From assembly GCF_000150275.1 (NCBI RefSeq), contig NW_002060947.1:2531740-2595739 (forward strand): a stretch of DNA of 64,000 bases, given 5' to 3'. The notes beneath the pieces were generated by a model. It was not told the DNA's origin, did not search any database, and saw only the letters and a program-made list of their open reading frames with translations. Within the stretch, counting starts at the first letter, position 1; each line of letters opens with the position of its first letter. This DNA is from Trichoplax adhaerens. Taxonomy: Eukaryota; Animalia; Placozoa. The position numbers and the translations under genes are program-made. Shown in pieces: positions 48,453-61,800 of this stretch.

Positions 48453-49032
48453 GTACGGTGCTTTTATTTACGCGTGGTACAGTACTGTACTGTACACTGT
48501 ACAGTTAAATAAAGCTATTGTTCACAATGAGTACTGTACTGTACAGTACAGTACAGTAATAAGGTACAGTAGTGCGGAACGTTGTGTACTGTACAGTATT
48601 GTACGATGATTTTTGTTTTTCATTCTCAATTTTGACTGGCTAGTATGCTTGCGGATCAAACTCAGAGAGACGCTATTGGTTGACAATGCTTATGTGAGCA
48701 CGCGCACAACACCATCTGTTCAGCTATTGTAGTTTACAGTTTGTATTTTTCAGTGAAAAGTCTTTTTTGATTGTGATCTAAAAGATCTATATAGCGTACC
48801 TCTAATATTTCTGTCAATTGGTATACGCTATTATACAGTAAGTTCCTTATAGCGGTTTTTTCTGTCATAAACGCGCGCGTTCTTATTAGTCCTCGTTTTT
48901 TTCTAAGCACACTATCGAATTTTCAGGAAAAGGTCTTGTATAGGATATCTTATTTAAAGATTTTCCATAAATATATTTGAAAGCTTTCTTGTGCAGTTAG
49001 AGTGGTTGCTGTATTCTTGCAATTCAATTAAA

Positions 49033-51138
49033 ATGGGTGGTAAGTGAGCAATAATTGTAAGAAAAAATGCTTAAAAATTTTTGTTAATGGACTGGTACTA
49101 CAGTATACTGCATTTCGTTAAGCTGACTTGGTATGAAAACCATATACGGTATTGGATACTGACTTCCGTACTTCATAAAGTTCTCAGTATTCGTTGTACC
49201 GTAATAGGCTCCACTATAAAAATTAGTTAAGTAGTTCTTGGTTTGCAAAAAATTTGTAAATTGTTAGCTGGATGATTATGATAGGTTCGCATGCATAATT
49301 TTTTTTTTATCATGCAATGGGTAGTTTAAGGCATTTTTTCAGCAGACTGCCCGTCACCGCTGTAAAGTACGGCTTCTGCCGCGGTAAAATTTCCGCCGTT
49401 CACTTCTACTAGCAGTTCACTAAATGTAGAAATTCATAATATAACAACAGTTCATAGTTTTTATATTAATTTTACCCGTAAAGAAGTTGTATAGTATACT
49501 GTACTGTCACACAGTAACACCGTTGTAAAGAGTTTTGTATAAATTTTGAGTTTTTCAATATTTTCTATTTGGCGGGCTTGCTAATTCTTTGTCTAGTGCA
49601 GACGTTTACTCGAGAATTTTATGTTAGATAATACATACTAGTACATTGTAGTTCGAAGTTTTTAAGTTAATAAAACCGTTGCTAGCTATATTTTTCTAGC
49701 ACTTGATTTGATAAGTAGCTATGTAGGAGTTGGAGCTCTTTAGTTAAATTTAGTGTAATGGTTATTCGAATCTCGCCATTAGGTTTTTCAATTAAATTTA
49801 TTTATTGTACGTGTATTTGCGTTGAGACAAGATGAAGGCTCTAATGTAAAATGTTTCTTTTATTACATTGTCGTGATCGTTTAAAATTAGCATCAAAAGT
49901 ATTTATTCTGATCCTAGTTGAGATAGCTGGTTTGAATGAAACTAGACAGAGTTATATTCTCGTGTCTACATTCTCCGCAGATTCACTAGCTGTTGGATTT
50001 GTGTCGACATAAATTAACTGAAAATACAATCGAATGATTTTAAAATGTCAAAATTAGCGGTTTTACTGCTGTAGAGATCTGTAATGCGACAAAAAGCATG
50101 AGCTACGAAAGTTAATTTGCGCACCTGCGATCTTAAGTCAAGATCCCGGATCAATTTTTGTTTGACTATAATTCACAATTCGTACTACTGCATTAATGAA
50201 ATCTGTTATTACCTTCCTTACGAATTGTGCGAAAGCTTTCACTAAATGACTATTAACAATAGTTTTATTTGGACAAAACTCTTAAATTGATTATATTTCC
50301 AAATTTTAGATGCCAGAGGTAGAAAACGTGCAGCTGAAGCACCTTCGAAATCTTCTAAGAAAGCCAAAGATGCTGGCGCCAAAGGAAAGCGCGGCAAGAA
50401 GCGTAAGCAGATGAAAACATTTGGCGTAAAGAAACCTAAATCTGCGTACATCTTTTTCACGACTTCGTTGAGACAACGTTTGAAGAAAAGTGGTCGTGAA
50501 ATGCCTAAGGTAATTTATACAAGAATAGTAAGTTAACTGGATTGGATTTTAAAGATAAATTTTATTATAGGCTCATGAAATCGCAAAGATGTGTGGAAGT
50601 GAATGGAGGGCTATGACGGCTTCTCAAAAAAAGCCTTACGACGAATTAGCTGCGAGAGACAAACAAAGATATATGGAGGAGGTATTGTAACGTTCTCGTT
50701 TTTTGGGACTGTCTAGCTGTTCCAGGATGAGTAGATATAATACCCTTATATTCTTTCTCATCAAATAGATTAGTAAATTCAGAAAGAAGGCTGATCCGGA
50801 TAAGCCAAAAAGGCCTCAAACTGCTTATTTTTATTTCTTGGCTGAATTTCGTAAAGCTATGAAAGCTAAAGGTGTAATTGAGGGTAAGAAATTAACCTCG
50901 CTTTCTGGAGAAAAATGGAGGGCTATGACTCCTGCCGAGAAAGCTAAATATGAAGCTATGGTAACGAAAGACAAAGAGCGCTATCAACGAGAAATGGATG
51001 CTTATCGTAAAAAAAAGGTGCTCAGCGACTAAATACAAATTTAATATTTTTATAAAGTTCAGTCTGATCAGTATGTGATTCAATTTGAAGGGAATTAAAG
51101 ATGGGGAAGCAAGTAAACCAGTAAAAGTAAAACAAGTA

Positions 51139-51185
<47 letters not shown>

Positions 51186-51225
51186 AGACGAAGAAGAGGA
51201 TGATGATGAAGATGACGACGAATAA
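49033..51225 (+). CDS. HMGB-like protein: basic N-terminal extension, two HMG boxes, acidic tail (5 coding exons)
   Basis: MG-DARGRKRAAE...KKPKSAYIFF...EIAKMCGSEWRAMTASQKKPYDELAARDKQRYMEE-ISKFRKKADPDKPKRPQTAYFYFLAEFR...GEKWRAMTPAEKAKYEAMVTKDKERYQREMDAY, followed by a poly-E/D tail (GAA repeats). Confidence 0.93.
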
Positions 51226-53473
51226 ATAGAAATTCTAGTTGTACTGTAGTTGCTATTTGTAGTAGGTAACATCTCAATCATAATTATATCCTGCAGCCGA
51301 AACATTCCACTTTGGTCTAAACCTTGTAATTACGTAATTATACAGTATTGCACCTTTATATGTAGGTAATAGTTGGCTGCTAAAAGGCATATTACCGAAA
51401 TTTCTTTTAGTACGATATTAACAACTGGCACTACCGTATACTGTGTCAGCTTTATAGTAATTTTGTAGCGTTTTTACCTTCTTGGCCTGCTAATTGTTCC
51501 TTGTAATTGTTGCTTAAAAACAATGATGCCATTATTGTGCCCATAACGTAGCACTTAAATAAGCTTCTTAAGAACATCGCTCTTGTTAGTAATCCAAGTA
51601 AATTTACAAAATTTATGTTTATGTTTCGTTGTTAAAAGAGATGTCGCTCCTAATGTTGTAGCATTCCCATTCCTATTTACTACATAATTATCAATAAGAT
51701 TACATTATTATGTCAATGAATTCACGATTGGCTATATAATCATCTTTAGTTAACACTGTCGAAGCTTTCAGATATTATCATGTATTAGCGTGCTTCGCTT
51801 TTGTACCGAATTTAATCTTTAAACTTTAATGATATTTTACTGTTTAACTCTTCCCTGCTGACATTACATTATTGTATCGAAACGTATAGCATGTAGTAAT
51901 TGTAGTGCCATAATGATTCAGTAATAAATCCAGCTACATCGACCAAACGTGAAACACTTGTTAAATACGATTTGATTTGTGTGGTGCAAATTTTAGAACC
52001 GCGTGGCCTAAATGGATTAACGCTGTACGATCATTATTCATTTATTTAGTGTAGTATGCAAGGTTCTTACTATTACCAATTCATACTAGTCGCTCCAGTA
52101 ATAAGCACAATAAAATTGCAGTTTAATTTGCAGTAGAGGATTTCAAATTATCGATAAGTAAAGGCTACTGGGGATACCGCATAAATTATGTATGGATATA
52201 CGAGGGATTCGTACTAAACGTGCACGTATTTATATAAAAGTAGAAATTACCTGGTTTGATATGACAAATACACGGAATCGAAGACTTTAAAACCTATCTA
52301 ATAAGGGATACACGATAGTTAATTTTACCGCAGACAAGAGTTGTGAAGTAAGCTCATGAGTTACACAGATTCGAATGAGTTTCTGGTAAACTTGTGCAAT
52401 TATACGTACGTGTTTGTCAGTAATGCCGTGTTTTGAACTAGAGTACTTTGGGATAAACAGGAATGATTTTAAAGGAGTTTATGGAAGTTTATTTCGCGCA
52501 CCAGCGTGTCATCCGATAATTTTGCTTAGGTTTACCCTTCAACTAGATGCTATAATACTGAAGTTCAGTCAACATCAACTGTAAATCCTGAGGAACTGTA
52601 CTGTATATTCCTGCATTATTGCATTTAAGTAGTTTAATCGCTCTAATACTCCTATATAGCCTGGGACTATTCGGATTATATTTTAAATTACGTATATAAC
52701 TTATATCATGATTATAACTATTGTATATTTAAAATTAAAAGGCAAAATCTCATATGCTTGCATTTTAAACTGCCTCGTTAGGTAGTATAATTGTGAAAAT
52801 CCTAGTTATTCAAAAGTTGCCTTTCTATGTATAATATGCGTGATAAACAATCAATTTTCCGTGAAGGCAAATACGTTTACCTTTGCCTTCAATACTATTT
52901 ATGGCTGTTAAGGAACGCAAATTTCTGTATAAAGTAGAATGGATACCAATATTAGATAAGGCTATAGGAATACGCATACTGTATAGTAAAATATAAAACA
53001 CATTCAGTTTGAATTTCTCAACTTACAATTGAGAATTTTCCAGCGTTTGTTTAATCGTTTGACCCTATTGGTAAGAGTACGCCTTATAATTATAATAGGT
53101 GGGTTATCATACAGCTGTTTTATAATCCAAATGTGAGGGTTGGTACTGTACTATAAGTTACTAGTCTCCATCAGTACTCAAGATATGATGTTTAAAGTTG
53201 TACAGATTCACTCACACAGTAAGTAAACTCACTGATCTAGTAACTTCTTTTAAGATTCGCTAATAATAGTGGGAAAGCTTCTTCTAAGATTTGAATTTTT
53301 AATTGGTTTAAGTGTATCCATTTTGAAATATACAATTAAATGGTAACTATGTACGACACGGTAACAGTGTGTTACTAAATGTAATAATAAAAAACTAATA
53401 CTGTTTCATGATTTATTAGTTGGCTTAAAAATGATATTTTTTGCGTATTAGAGTCCTGATTGCATGTAATTAG

Positions 53474-56400
53474 TTAAGACATTTTCGAAGCTTCAACCAT
53501 CAAACCACACGCCGTCTTGTGCTGTTGCCAATGCTTTACTTGGCATTTCCTACGAAAAGAGTAAATTTATCACAATAGCGTAGAAGATATCTCACAAATC
53601 TAGGGTGTAACGCATATAAAGTACTTAACAAATACCATTTAATTAACGTTGACGTAATTATTAAGCAGATTGTACTGTAAGTTTTAAAATTTATATCTGT
53701 CGGTGCTGCATTTCGCAGATTAAAGCTTTACTGTAAGATACCTGCTGCAATACCATTCACAGTGACACCTGGAGCAACGTTTCGTCGCAAGATTCAGACA
53801 CAAAGCACATTTTGGAGGGGCTGTTGTTAAAGATTCCAAAATATCTAAGTTATAGTTGTTTAACCACCTAAGTACAATAGTAAATACTTTATTCGCATCA
53901 TATTACCCCATGTTATAATGATTAGTACAAATTATGAGTTATTCACTAAGTTTGAAATACGTGTGTACACTGTACAGTAGTTATTATTTACTGAGTTGCT
54001 ACGGCTTTTAATTCATCGTTCGACGGCGAGAAAGTTGCTTGGTGCTTCTTGATAATATATTCCCATTTTCCGTCGTATTTTAATAGCAGTTTGTGGCGAA
54101 TTTCCGGAATCTAAATGAATTAAATTGATAAACATATTTTTAGCCTTCATTTTCTGAAGTTTCTATAATGGGTGTTTAAGTTGATCACATTATACTCCTG
54201 CCAACCCTTCTCAGTCCTTCAATTACCTGCTCTAAAATGAGGTCTGCTTTTACATCTGGTGGGTCAACAAGAGCTAGTTGCTCGAGATATTGCCGTAGAT
54301 CGATCAAATTAGGTATCTGGTCTATGATAACTTCTGATAAATGACTTCTCAGCTGATGTTAAGGAAAAGATATAATTCCTCATCACTTAAGCTGGCATGC
54401 TCATGAAAGTCCAGCAAAAGTTATTAATACCACTGTATGTTTAGATATAAAATTGATATGGAATGGCCTCATGCTACCTTTAAAATTTGATTCTTATTGA
54501 ACGAATTCATCTTGTACATTACTCGAAAGTCATCATTCATTAATAATTGATAAATTGCTATCCATATCTATAAATATACAATAGAGTGTTAACAATTTTC
54601 TCTATATTTGCATTTTGACTCTAATTATTTCAAAGTAAGGTACGGATACTCTTCAGCTATTCTAGAAAGTAGCGATGGGACATGGCCAGCTACTAAACTT
54701 ACTTGACCCTCGATTTTAGATAACTTCAAATGTTCATCTGGAGCAACTTTCTGCCACTTCGAATCAATATATTTTTCCATATCACCTTGAATAGTATTAA
54801 ATTTTTACATTATTTTCAACATTATTTGATAGATTACGTATTTTACAGTATTAAAATGTACAACTAGAAGAAAAAAGTGTAGATTATTTGATACCATTCT
54901 TTGTAGTCCTAATCCACGGAGAGTTATCTATAAGTCTAGCCATAACGCATACCATATCTGATAGATTGTACTTTACAATTAGTAGGAAGAACATATCTTA
55001 TCAAAACTATACTGCAATATTTTAGTATCAAAATAAATTTTAAATAATGACGTCGCTATGTTACGCTTTACCATGGGTGTTGATGATCCTTGTTATAATA
55101 CTTAATGATAAGCTAAACATTTAAAGCAGAAGATTTGTCTGTCTTGAATATTTGGTAGTCAAATATACGTGAAAACTTAATTAAAATATCTTATAGCAGT
55201 ATACCCCTTCATATGGTCTATGGCATAACGTACTATTGATACCGTCCTGGCAGCGATGTCAAATTCTATTTGAAGGCTTTGGTATTTCAGATTCTAAAGT
55301 AATATTTTTAGAATTATGAATTTGCTTAATTAATTTTCTAAGTGATGGCTATTATAAAATATCCGCTGCGATATGAGTATATTCTCATCATGATTTCCGC
55401 AGTAAATATTAGTTCGTAAATTGTTCGTCATTATTTATCTGAAGATTGTTCATACCTGCTCTTCAGATACTATACCAGGATACCAATCCGTTTTAGATTC
55501 TTGCCTAATGAATTAAACTTAAGCTAAATTAATGGAACAATAAACCGAGTATCAAATTGACGTGCGAAATTTTTTCGTTGAGGGGAAACAAACCTTGCTA
55601 TTAATTGTGTTAATTTCCGATGACAGTAATCAACTATGTCTAGACAAACATCACCTACAGCTTCCCAGGATTCCTTGTGATACATCAGAGTTTCTAATAA
55701 GTTTACCACTGCTGCTTCGTGATATAACTATTTTGTGTTATATATAGATAAAAGTATACCGATGAACAGTTCCGTGAGGATTGAAATTGTCATCGCTATT
55801 CAAATATGCTCTTAATAATATCTAACTCACAGTAATATAGCATGGAAACTCAGATTGTGGCTTAAAGCCTTCTTTCAGCAATTCTTCAAAAATTTTTTCT
55901 TTCCAAACTTCGGTCAGCAGTAGATCATAGACCAATAGCGATATCTATATGCACATAATTGCAAGAATTCAATGGATAAGGGTGTATATTTTTTTATATA
56001 GTAATCTTAGTATCGTGATTTATAATTAGGTGATGTCATTGGTCATATGATGGGATGCTGATTCATCATAGAATCAACTTGAGGATTATTGTACACATGC
56101 ATATTGACTCCTTTAAGAGCGCTATGCTGCTAATGATATTTGTGCATTAAGGTATCAATAATCATTATAATTAACGAGAGATATGTTAAAACAATTAATC
56201 CGTCAGGCTTAAATATTTAGTAGCGTGTATACAATATATAACAATTTTGAGTATAAACTAGGATGTGACTCTAACTACCGTGTGATATCCAAAGCTAGCG
56301 GATATGATAAGATAAATTACTGGATTATTTAGATGTTTAGATTAAACAGCGGTTTATTTAGTAACCTACTGCATCTGTATACACTTTGTTAGATTCCGGT

Positions 56401-58265
56401 ACAATACAGTAAATCATTATATTCACTGCATAAGGGTGCTTGCATTGATTGCCAAAGTATTCGTATCATGGATAGCTTACGAAATCAAGCCATAAGCAAT
56501 GTAACAAATGATTTGTCAGCGATAGGAAAAGTCGCCTGAATGGAGGCTACAAAAAGTAAATTTTTTCTTATCTTCGATGGTTCGTGTATCCATCAAATGA
56601 TAAATATTTGATAACTATTTACTTTCAATTTAATTTTAGATTATTGTATTTAAGGCTTCGATAATAATTATCTAATACAATTGCTGACTATGGAAGAGAG
56701 AAGAATAGTCATTATGTGTAGAAATTATGGTAAATACAGTACTAAACTTGGGCAATATAATACATGCACGCTCTATTTCAATAGATGTAGTTGTGTATAG
56801 TAGTACATACAATGGATGCTGCAGCTTAGAAACAAATCATTTATTACAGTACTAATACGGCACCCGGCAGGGATGTAGTTAATCTTTATATGGTAGGTAT
56901 ATAAAAATGATTACCAGTAAAATATACCTTATCCTGGCTGATGAATGCTTCTTTAACATACTCATCCTTGCCTTGTTTCACGTTTAATATCGCCTGAAAC
57001 ACGAGTACAGCACAGTAAGCAAAGATTTTAATAACAGCGTCAAGCAATATTCTAGTGTCAATTAGGGTGTCTTTAAATCTTATCTAGCGACTCAATAATT
57101 CTTGCTATCACAAGACTGCTGTATCATCGTAATCTGTGCTGTATTTATAGCTAGCACAGTTCTAAAAACCCAATATTTCTCACATTTTATTTTTCTAACC
57201 TGCATGTTTAGTTTGTCAATATATTCATGTTGTTTCATCCATCTAGCAAGACACAAATACCAGATATTTTAAAAGTACTAAGTGATGGGTAATTTATTAT
57301 ACTTGCAGTCATAAACTACCGTGTGATATCATATCATTGTACATCAGTAAAGAAGTAGAGTAAGTAATTTGTCGAACATCGTTTAACGAAGTTACGAAAA
57401 GGTTTTCTAATACCAGATTACTGTCACATTATCATCATGACTAGCTCTATATCAAACCAGCAACTAGTTAAGCCCATAGTTTCAAATTTCTTTCATCTTC
57501 ACTATACGTATAGTATATTTCATTAGGTATATCCTGTAGACTGGATAGACATTATGAAAGTGACAGAGACTTTTGATAATTACAATAAGATTTTGAGCAG
57601 TCCCTACAACATCGAGTTCTATAGAATGACATTTAATGCACTGTCTGCAGTAGGTAAGATATTACAGTATACACGACATATAGAGTTTAGCTACATCTGT
57701 ATAACTGCTTTATTATGCCGTCTACGATATCACGCTTACTAAGAGCTTATAGCAAGTTACAGGCCTCGGACCTGACTATGTAATGTTTTCAAATTATATA
57801 TTTAATGCACAATTAGGTGTGCGGATTCGGCCAGTAATAGTATAATACGATACTGTATCGACTACATCGACTACCATAATTTACAGCTACGGGAGTACGC
57901 AATAGATTGTAAGTACTTATTACAGTTAACAATTAATAGATTATTCTGCATTTTAAGTATAGAAAGGCAATTTGTTGACCTACTACTGTAGTAACATGAA
58001 AATACATGGACTATTAAAAGAAGACCAGGTCCTCTTTTAGTAGTCTATGGAAATGTAATATAAATAAATATAAAGAGTATACGATAATATATATGTATAA
58101 TATAATTAATTAATCATTCTTTGCTATACTGTACATCACTTATGCATGTTCTTTTAGTAAAACAACTTACTTGCGATCTCCTATATCTTCCAACTCAAAG
58201 TCGGATATCGCCTGTACATAACCTTCTACCTCTACCGGAAAAAGGACCGTAGAGCTATCTTCCAT
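53474..58265 (-). CDS. ZMYND10: Zinc finger MYND domain-containing protein 10 (BLU), dynein-arm assembly factor
   Basis: [58 protein letters not shown] and [16 protein letters not shown], with a C-terminal MYND finger [37 protein letters not shown]. Confidence 0.96.
58005..58049. mobile_element. TIR-only derivative of the 1550-1961 MITE in ZMYND10 intron 1
   Basis: catggactattaaaagaagacc-aggtcctcttttagtagtctatg equals the two ends of the 1550-1961 element joined; the TSD is degenerate. Confidence 0.7.
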
Positions 58266-58287
58266 TTTTTTCTAGCTTTATGATGCC

Positions 58288-58300
58288 GTTACTTAGCGAT
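58288..58300. promoter_or_regulatory. X-box (RFX) motif ~23 bp upstream of the ZMYND10 ATG
   Basis: GTTACTTAGCGAT versus the RFX consensus GTTRCY-N-RGYAAC; ZMYND10 is a motile-cilia gene. Confidence 0.6.
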
Positions 58301-58389
58301 ATTCAATAACTATAATAATAATAAGGGAATAATAATAATAATCACAATAATTGACTAGTTTCTGCGCATGTCCTCATGCGCTAATCTTA

Positions 58390-58872
58390 CTAATACAGTA
58401 CAAGTACTCTGTCAGGAAAATTGTACAATGTACATACTGTACACTGTACTGTATATTCAATATCGTACTGTACTGTACAGTACAGTATAACAATATCGAG
58501 CGAGGGGTCTACTAGTTATAAACAAATAAATGGAAAGCAGAATCAAGCGCATTGAATGAATAGTTAAAGCTATTCAATGTACAGTATCTTAAACTCTATC
58601 ATTTTGGTAAAGGCACATACTGTACTGTACAGTACTGTAGCCTGTTAGCCACTAACCAACTAAAAATAGAGTGTACAGTACTGTAGCAGTGTTATGACAT
58701 GGTATCGTTGCAGTACTGTAGCAGGTACGGCTACAACACTATACTGTACTGTACTGCACAAGTGCACAGTGCTCTTCTAATATTCGTAGTCTCAATAACT
58801 TAAAGGCATCAACGATTTAATTTATTTATTATTGGGGAAATTGAGTAAAATTACATTATTACTGTACTGTAT
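58390..58872. repeat. CAGTA/CTGTA arrays in the ~620-bp bidirectional ZMYND10/ankyrin promoter
   Basis: tactgtactgtacagtacagta and similar units fill the head-to-head gap. Confidence 0.88.
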
Positions 58873-58888
58873 TTATTAACACTAGATC

Positions 58889-61800
58889 ATGACGATTAGA
58901 AAAAAAGGTAAGGTGTTGTGTAGCATTTAAACGATATAAAATTAACGATTGCAAAAAACAGCACATCTGCATATGCACTCGAAGTATATACTGAATGTAC
59001 GCATATACATACCGTACAGTATAGTACGTACATTGTAAATGTTGTTGTGCTCTTTAATTAAGCTATTTCTTAGTTTTTGACGATGAATACGCGTAGCTAA
59101 GTCAAAGATTTGATCTACCGACATTATAGATTTTCAACGCATTGTGTCATACATTGAAGATTTCCTAGATAGATTATCCCAAGACGATTTAGAGGCTGCT
59201 GAACTACGGGATTCATTTAGTTATGCCCTATGGCAGATGCGAAATTATTATAAAACATTGCGAAGTAGATCGGCAAATAGTGCGTCTAGTTTCAGTCCAA
59301 AATCATCAATGCTAGGGTTGCTTAATCCATTAACATGGAAGTGGCTAGATTTAGGAAGTGCAGTCCCTAGTCTTGGAGAAAGTTACGGTTTCCGAAAGAT
59401 TCATCAAGCTGCTAAAGAGGGAGATGTAGAAACCATCAAGCAACTCCTACTAGAAGGTAAGAACACCTAGGGTAAGCTAAGAGATTTTATTCTATTCTAT
59501 CTAACCCTAACAACAGCTTACGCTTAGTCTTTCTTCACTTCATATTCTTATGCGCTATTGTAGCCACACAATTTTAAAGTCGTAAATAAGAAACGCGTAT
59601 ATGAATTTACTGTAGCTCCTACACGAATAAAATAATAGAGTCTGCATTTAGAATTTATTATTCGAATATTATATTATTACTACTCATTCATTGTTTTCTT
59701 CAGTAATAAAAATAAGATTATAGAATAGGACGATTTCACCGATATTCGCATTTGTTAACTGTGACAGATCCACTATTAGTGAATGTCAAGACTGTATGGG
59801 TCGAACTCCGATAATGTACTGTGCTCATTATGCTAAAGATGAACATTTGGAATGCATAAAGTTACTTTTATCATTTGAAGCGAATACTTCAATCAAAACG
59901 AAAGGTTTCGTATTGTCAGCGTATACTACTGTTACATGTCATCGACAATTAAATTAATTTAATTTTTACTTTAATACGCTTGTGCACTATTTTAATTTGT
60001 TACTATACAGCACTAGTATTTATTTTATCAGTAGCGATATCGTTTACTAAGTTGTATTCATGCTATCCAATTCTTAGATTCTGCCACGGTTGTGCATCAT
60101 GCAGTCTATGGCGGTAACCATGAAATACTAGAATTAATTCTCCAAAAAGAAGTACGTAAGCTTTTGTTTAGTATACCAAACATGAGTGTCATCGAATGAA
60201 TAGATTATAATCAAGTCTATATCTACTTTGGAATCCTCAAATATGAACCATTTAAAATTTTTTATATTTCGGACGGCCTAAAAATAAATTCAGTTACAAA
60301 GCATAAACAGTCAAGATAACATGGGACGGTCACCTGTTCATTTAGCCGTTATGAGAGAAGAAACCGATTGCTTAAAGGTCGATAGAGAATAGTAGAATTA
60401 AAGTTAATAGGACAGTAAGCAATTTTTGTTTTGAGATACATGTACCGAAGTATAGTTGGCATGCCGTAAAAGGCATTATACGTATATATATATACATATA
60501 TAATTATTTTCCGTGTCAGTTTTGTAAACAATGAAATTCCACGAAGGTGAAACTATACTGTACAGAAGTACAAGCGTGAAATTTTTGACAAACAATAAAT
60601 TAATATTATTACCATGAAATACTATACTCTGAAACTTAATTTTTACTTGGGTTTTTCACGCTCGAAAAATGTGACTTTATGAAGTATTCTGTTTGCAATT
60701 CTGATATTTGTCGCATATTTTTATTAGTTATTATTGGATAATAATGCCCTATATTCCATGAGAGACATTGGAGGTCTTACACCCATAATGTGGGCGTGTA
60801 ATTTTGATCGCCAGTATCACCTATGCATTCTTCAATCCCGTTACGAACAAGAATATAATAATTCTAATTACTTACTTGAAGAAAGAGATCACCAAGGAAG
60901 AACTGCAATTCACTGGGCGGTTATGCAAAGGAAAAGTATCTACTGTTTACAGGTAAAATATAGACGTTAACGCAATGTAATCAACCATCATTTATTAAAA
61001 CCAGTATTCACTCTTAAATATTTGGATATTATAGAAATAGATCAGGAATACAATTGTTTGGCATGATCAAATTATTCGAAATATTTATTTCATTTTGGAA
61101 TAACATCCGTATTTTCCTTTGCAAAAATAGAGCAATCCATAGCATAAATACTGTACATACTGTAATAGCTGATGCTAGATATCATAGTGCAATATTCCTA
61201 TTTTTGTTAATATATGACCGGCTTTGATAATTTTATTTCCATGTCATTTTAATGACTTGTTATTTATACATTTCTCTCGGAAATTTCTGCCCATTTAGTC
61301 GCTCCTGACTTCTAGTGCAATTTCGTTAACTGATCAGAATGGCCGCACTGTTTTACACACTGCCTCATTACAGGGTATGTTAAGATGTATAAATACATCT
61401 TTTGGACGTTTTGTGTATCGGTTATTTATTAGTCGATTATACGATATATTAATTGTAAAAGATTCTTTAGTCGGAATTAATAATTGATAGTTATTAAAAA
61501 CAATTATCTAGCGTGTAGGTAATCGTTATAACAACTTGATTGTTAGGTTCCGTTAACGCTTGTAAATATGTCTTGAATCATCACCCTGAAGTCATTAATA
61601 ATGTAGATAAACAGATGAGAACTGCTCTTCACTTAGCAACATTAGCTGGCCATGGAGATGTAATCAATCTTCTTTTGGATCATAAGGGTATTATAGCTTG
61701 ATTTAGTGAATAAAATGTATTTCTCAGTAGGTTTAATGTTACTAAATTTTTAATGATATCAGTTTCCTAAGCCATGAATCTATCTTTCCTGATCTTATAG

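Larger units (their letters stand above)
45275..48605. repeat. Extended CAGTA/CTGTA-rich region with nested MITEs in the divergent DSTYK/HMGB intergenic region
   Basis: Many pentamer arrays, palindromes and MITE copies across ~3.3 kb. Confidence 0.9.

Noticed and set aside
50892-51305. Poly-Ser and poly-Leu ORFs on the minus strand
   Set aside because: They are antisense readings of the GAA-repeat acidic tail of the HMGB-like gene.
60290-60380. Apparent frameshift in an ankyrin exon
   Set aside because: Re-reading gives an in-frame MREETDCLK followed by a phase-0 GT donor.
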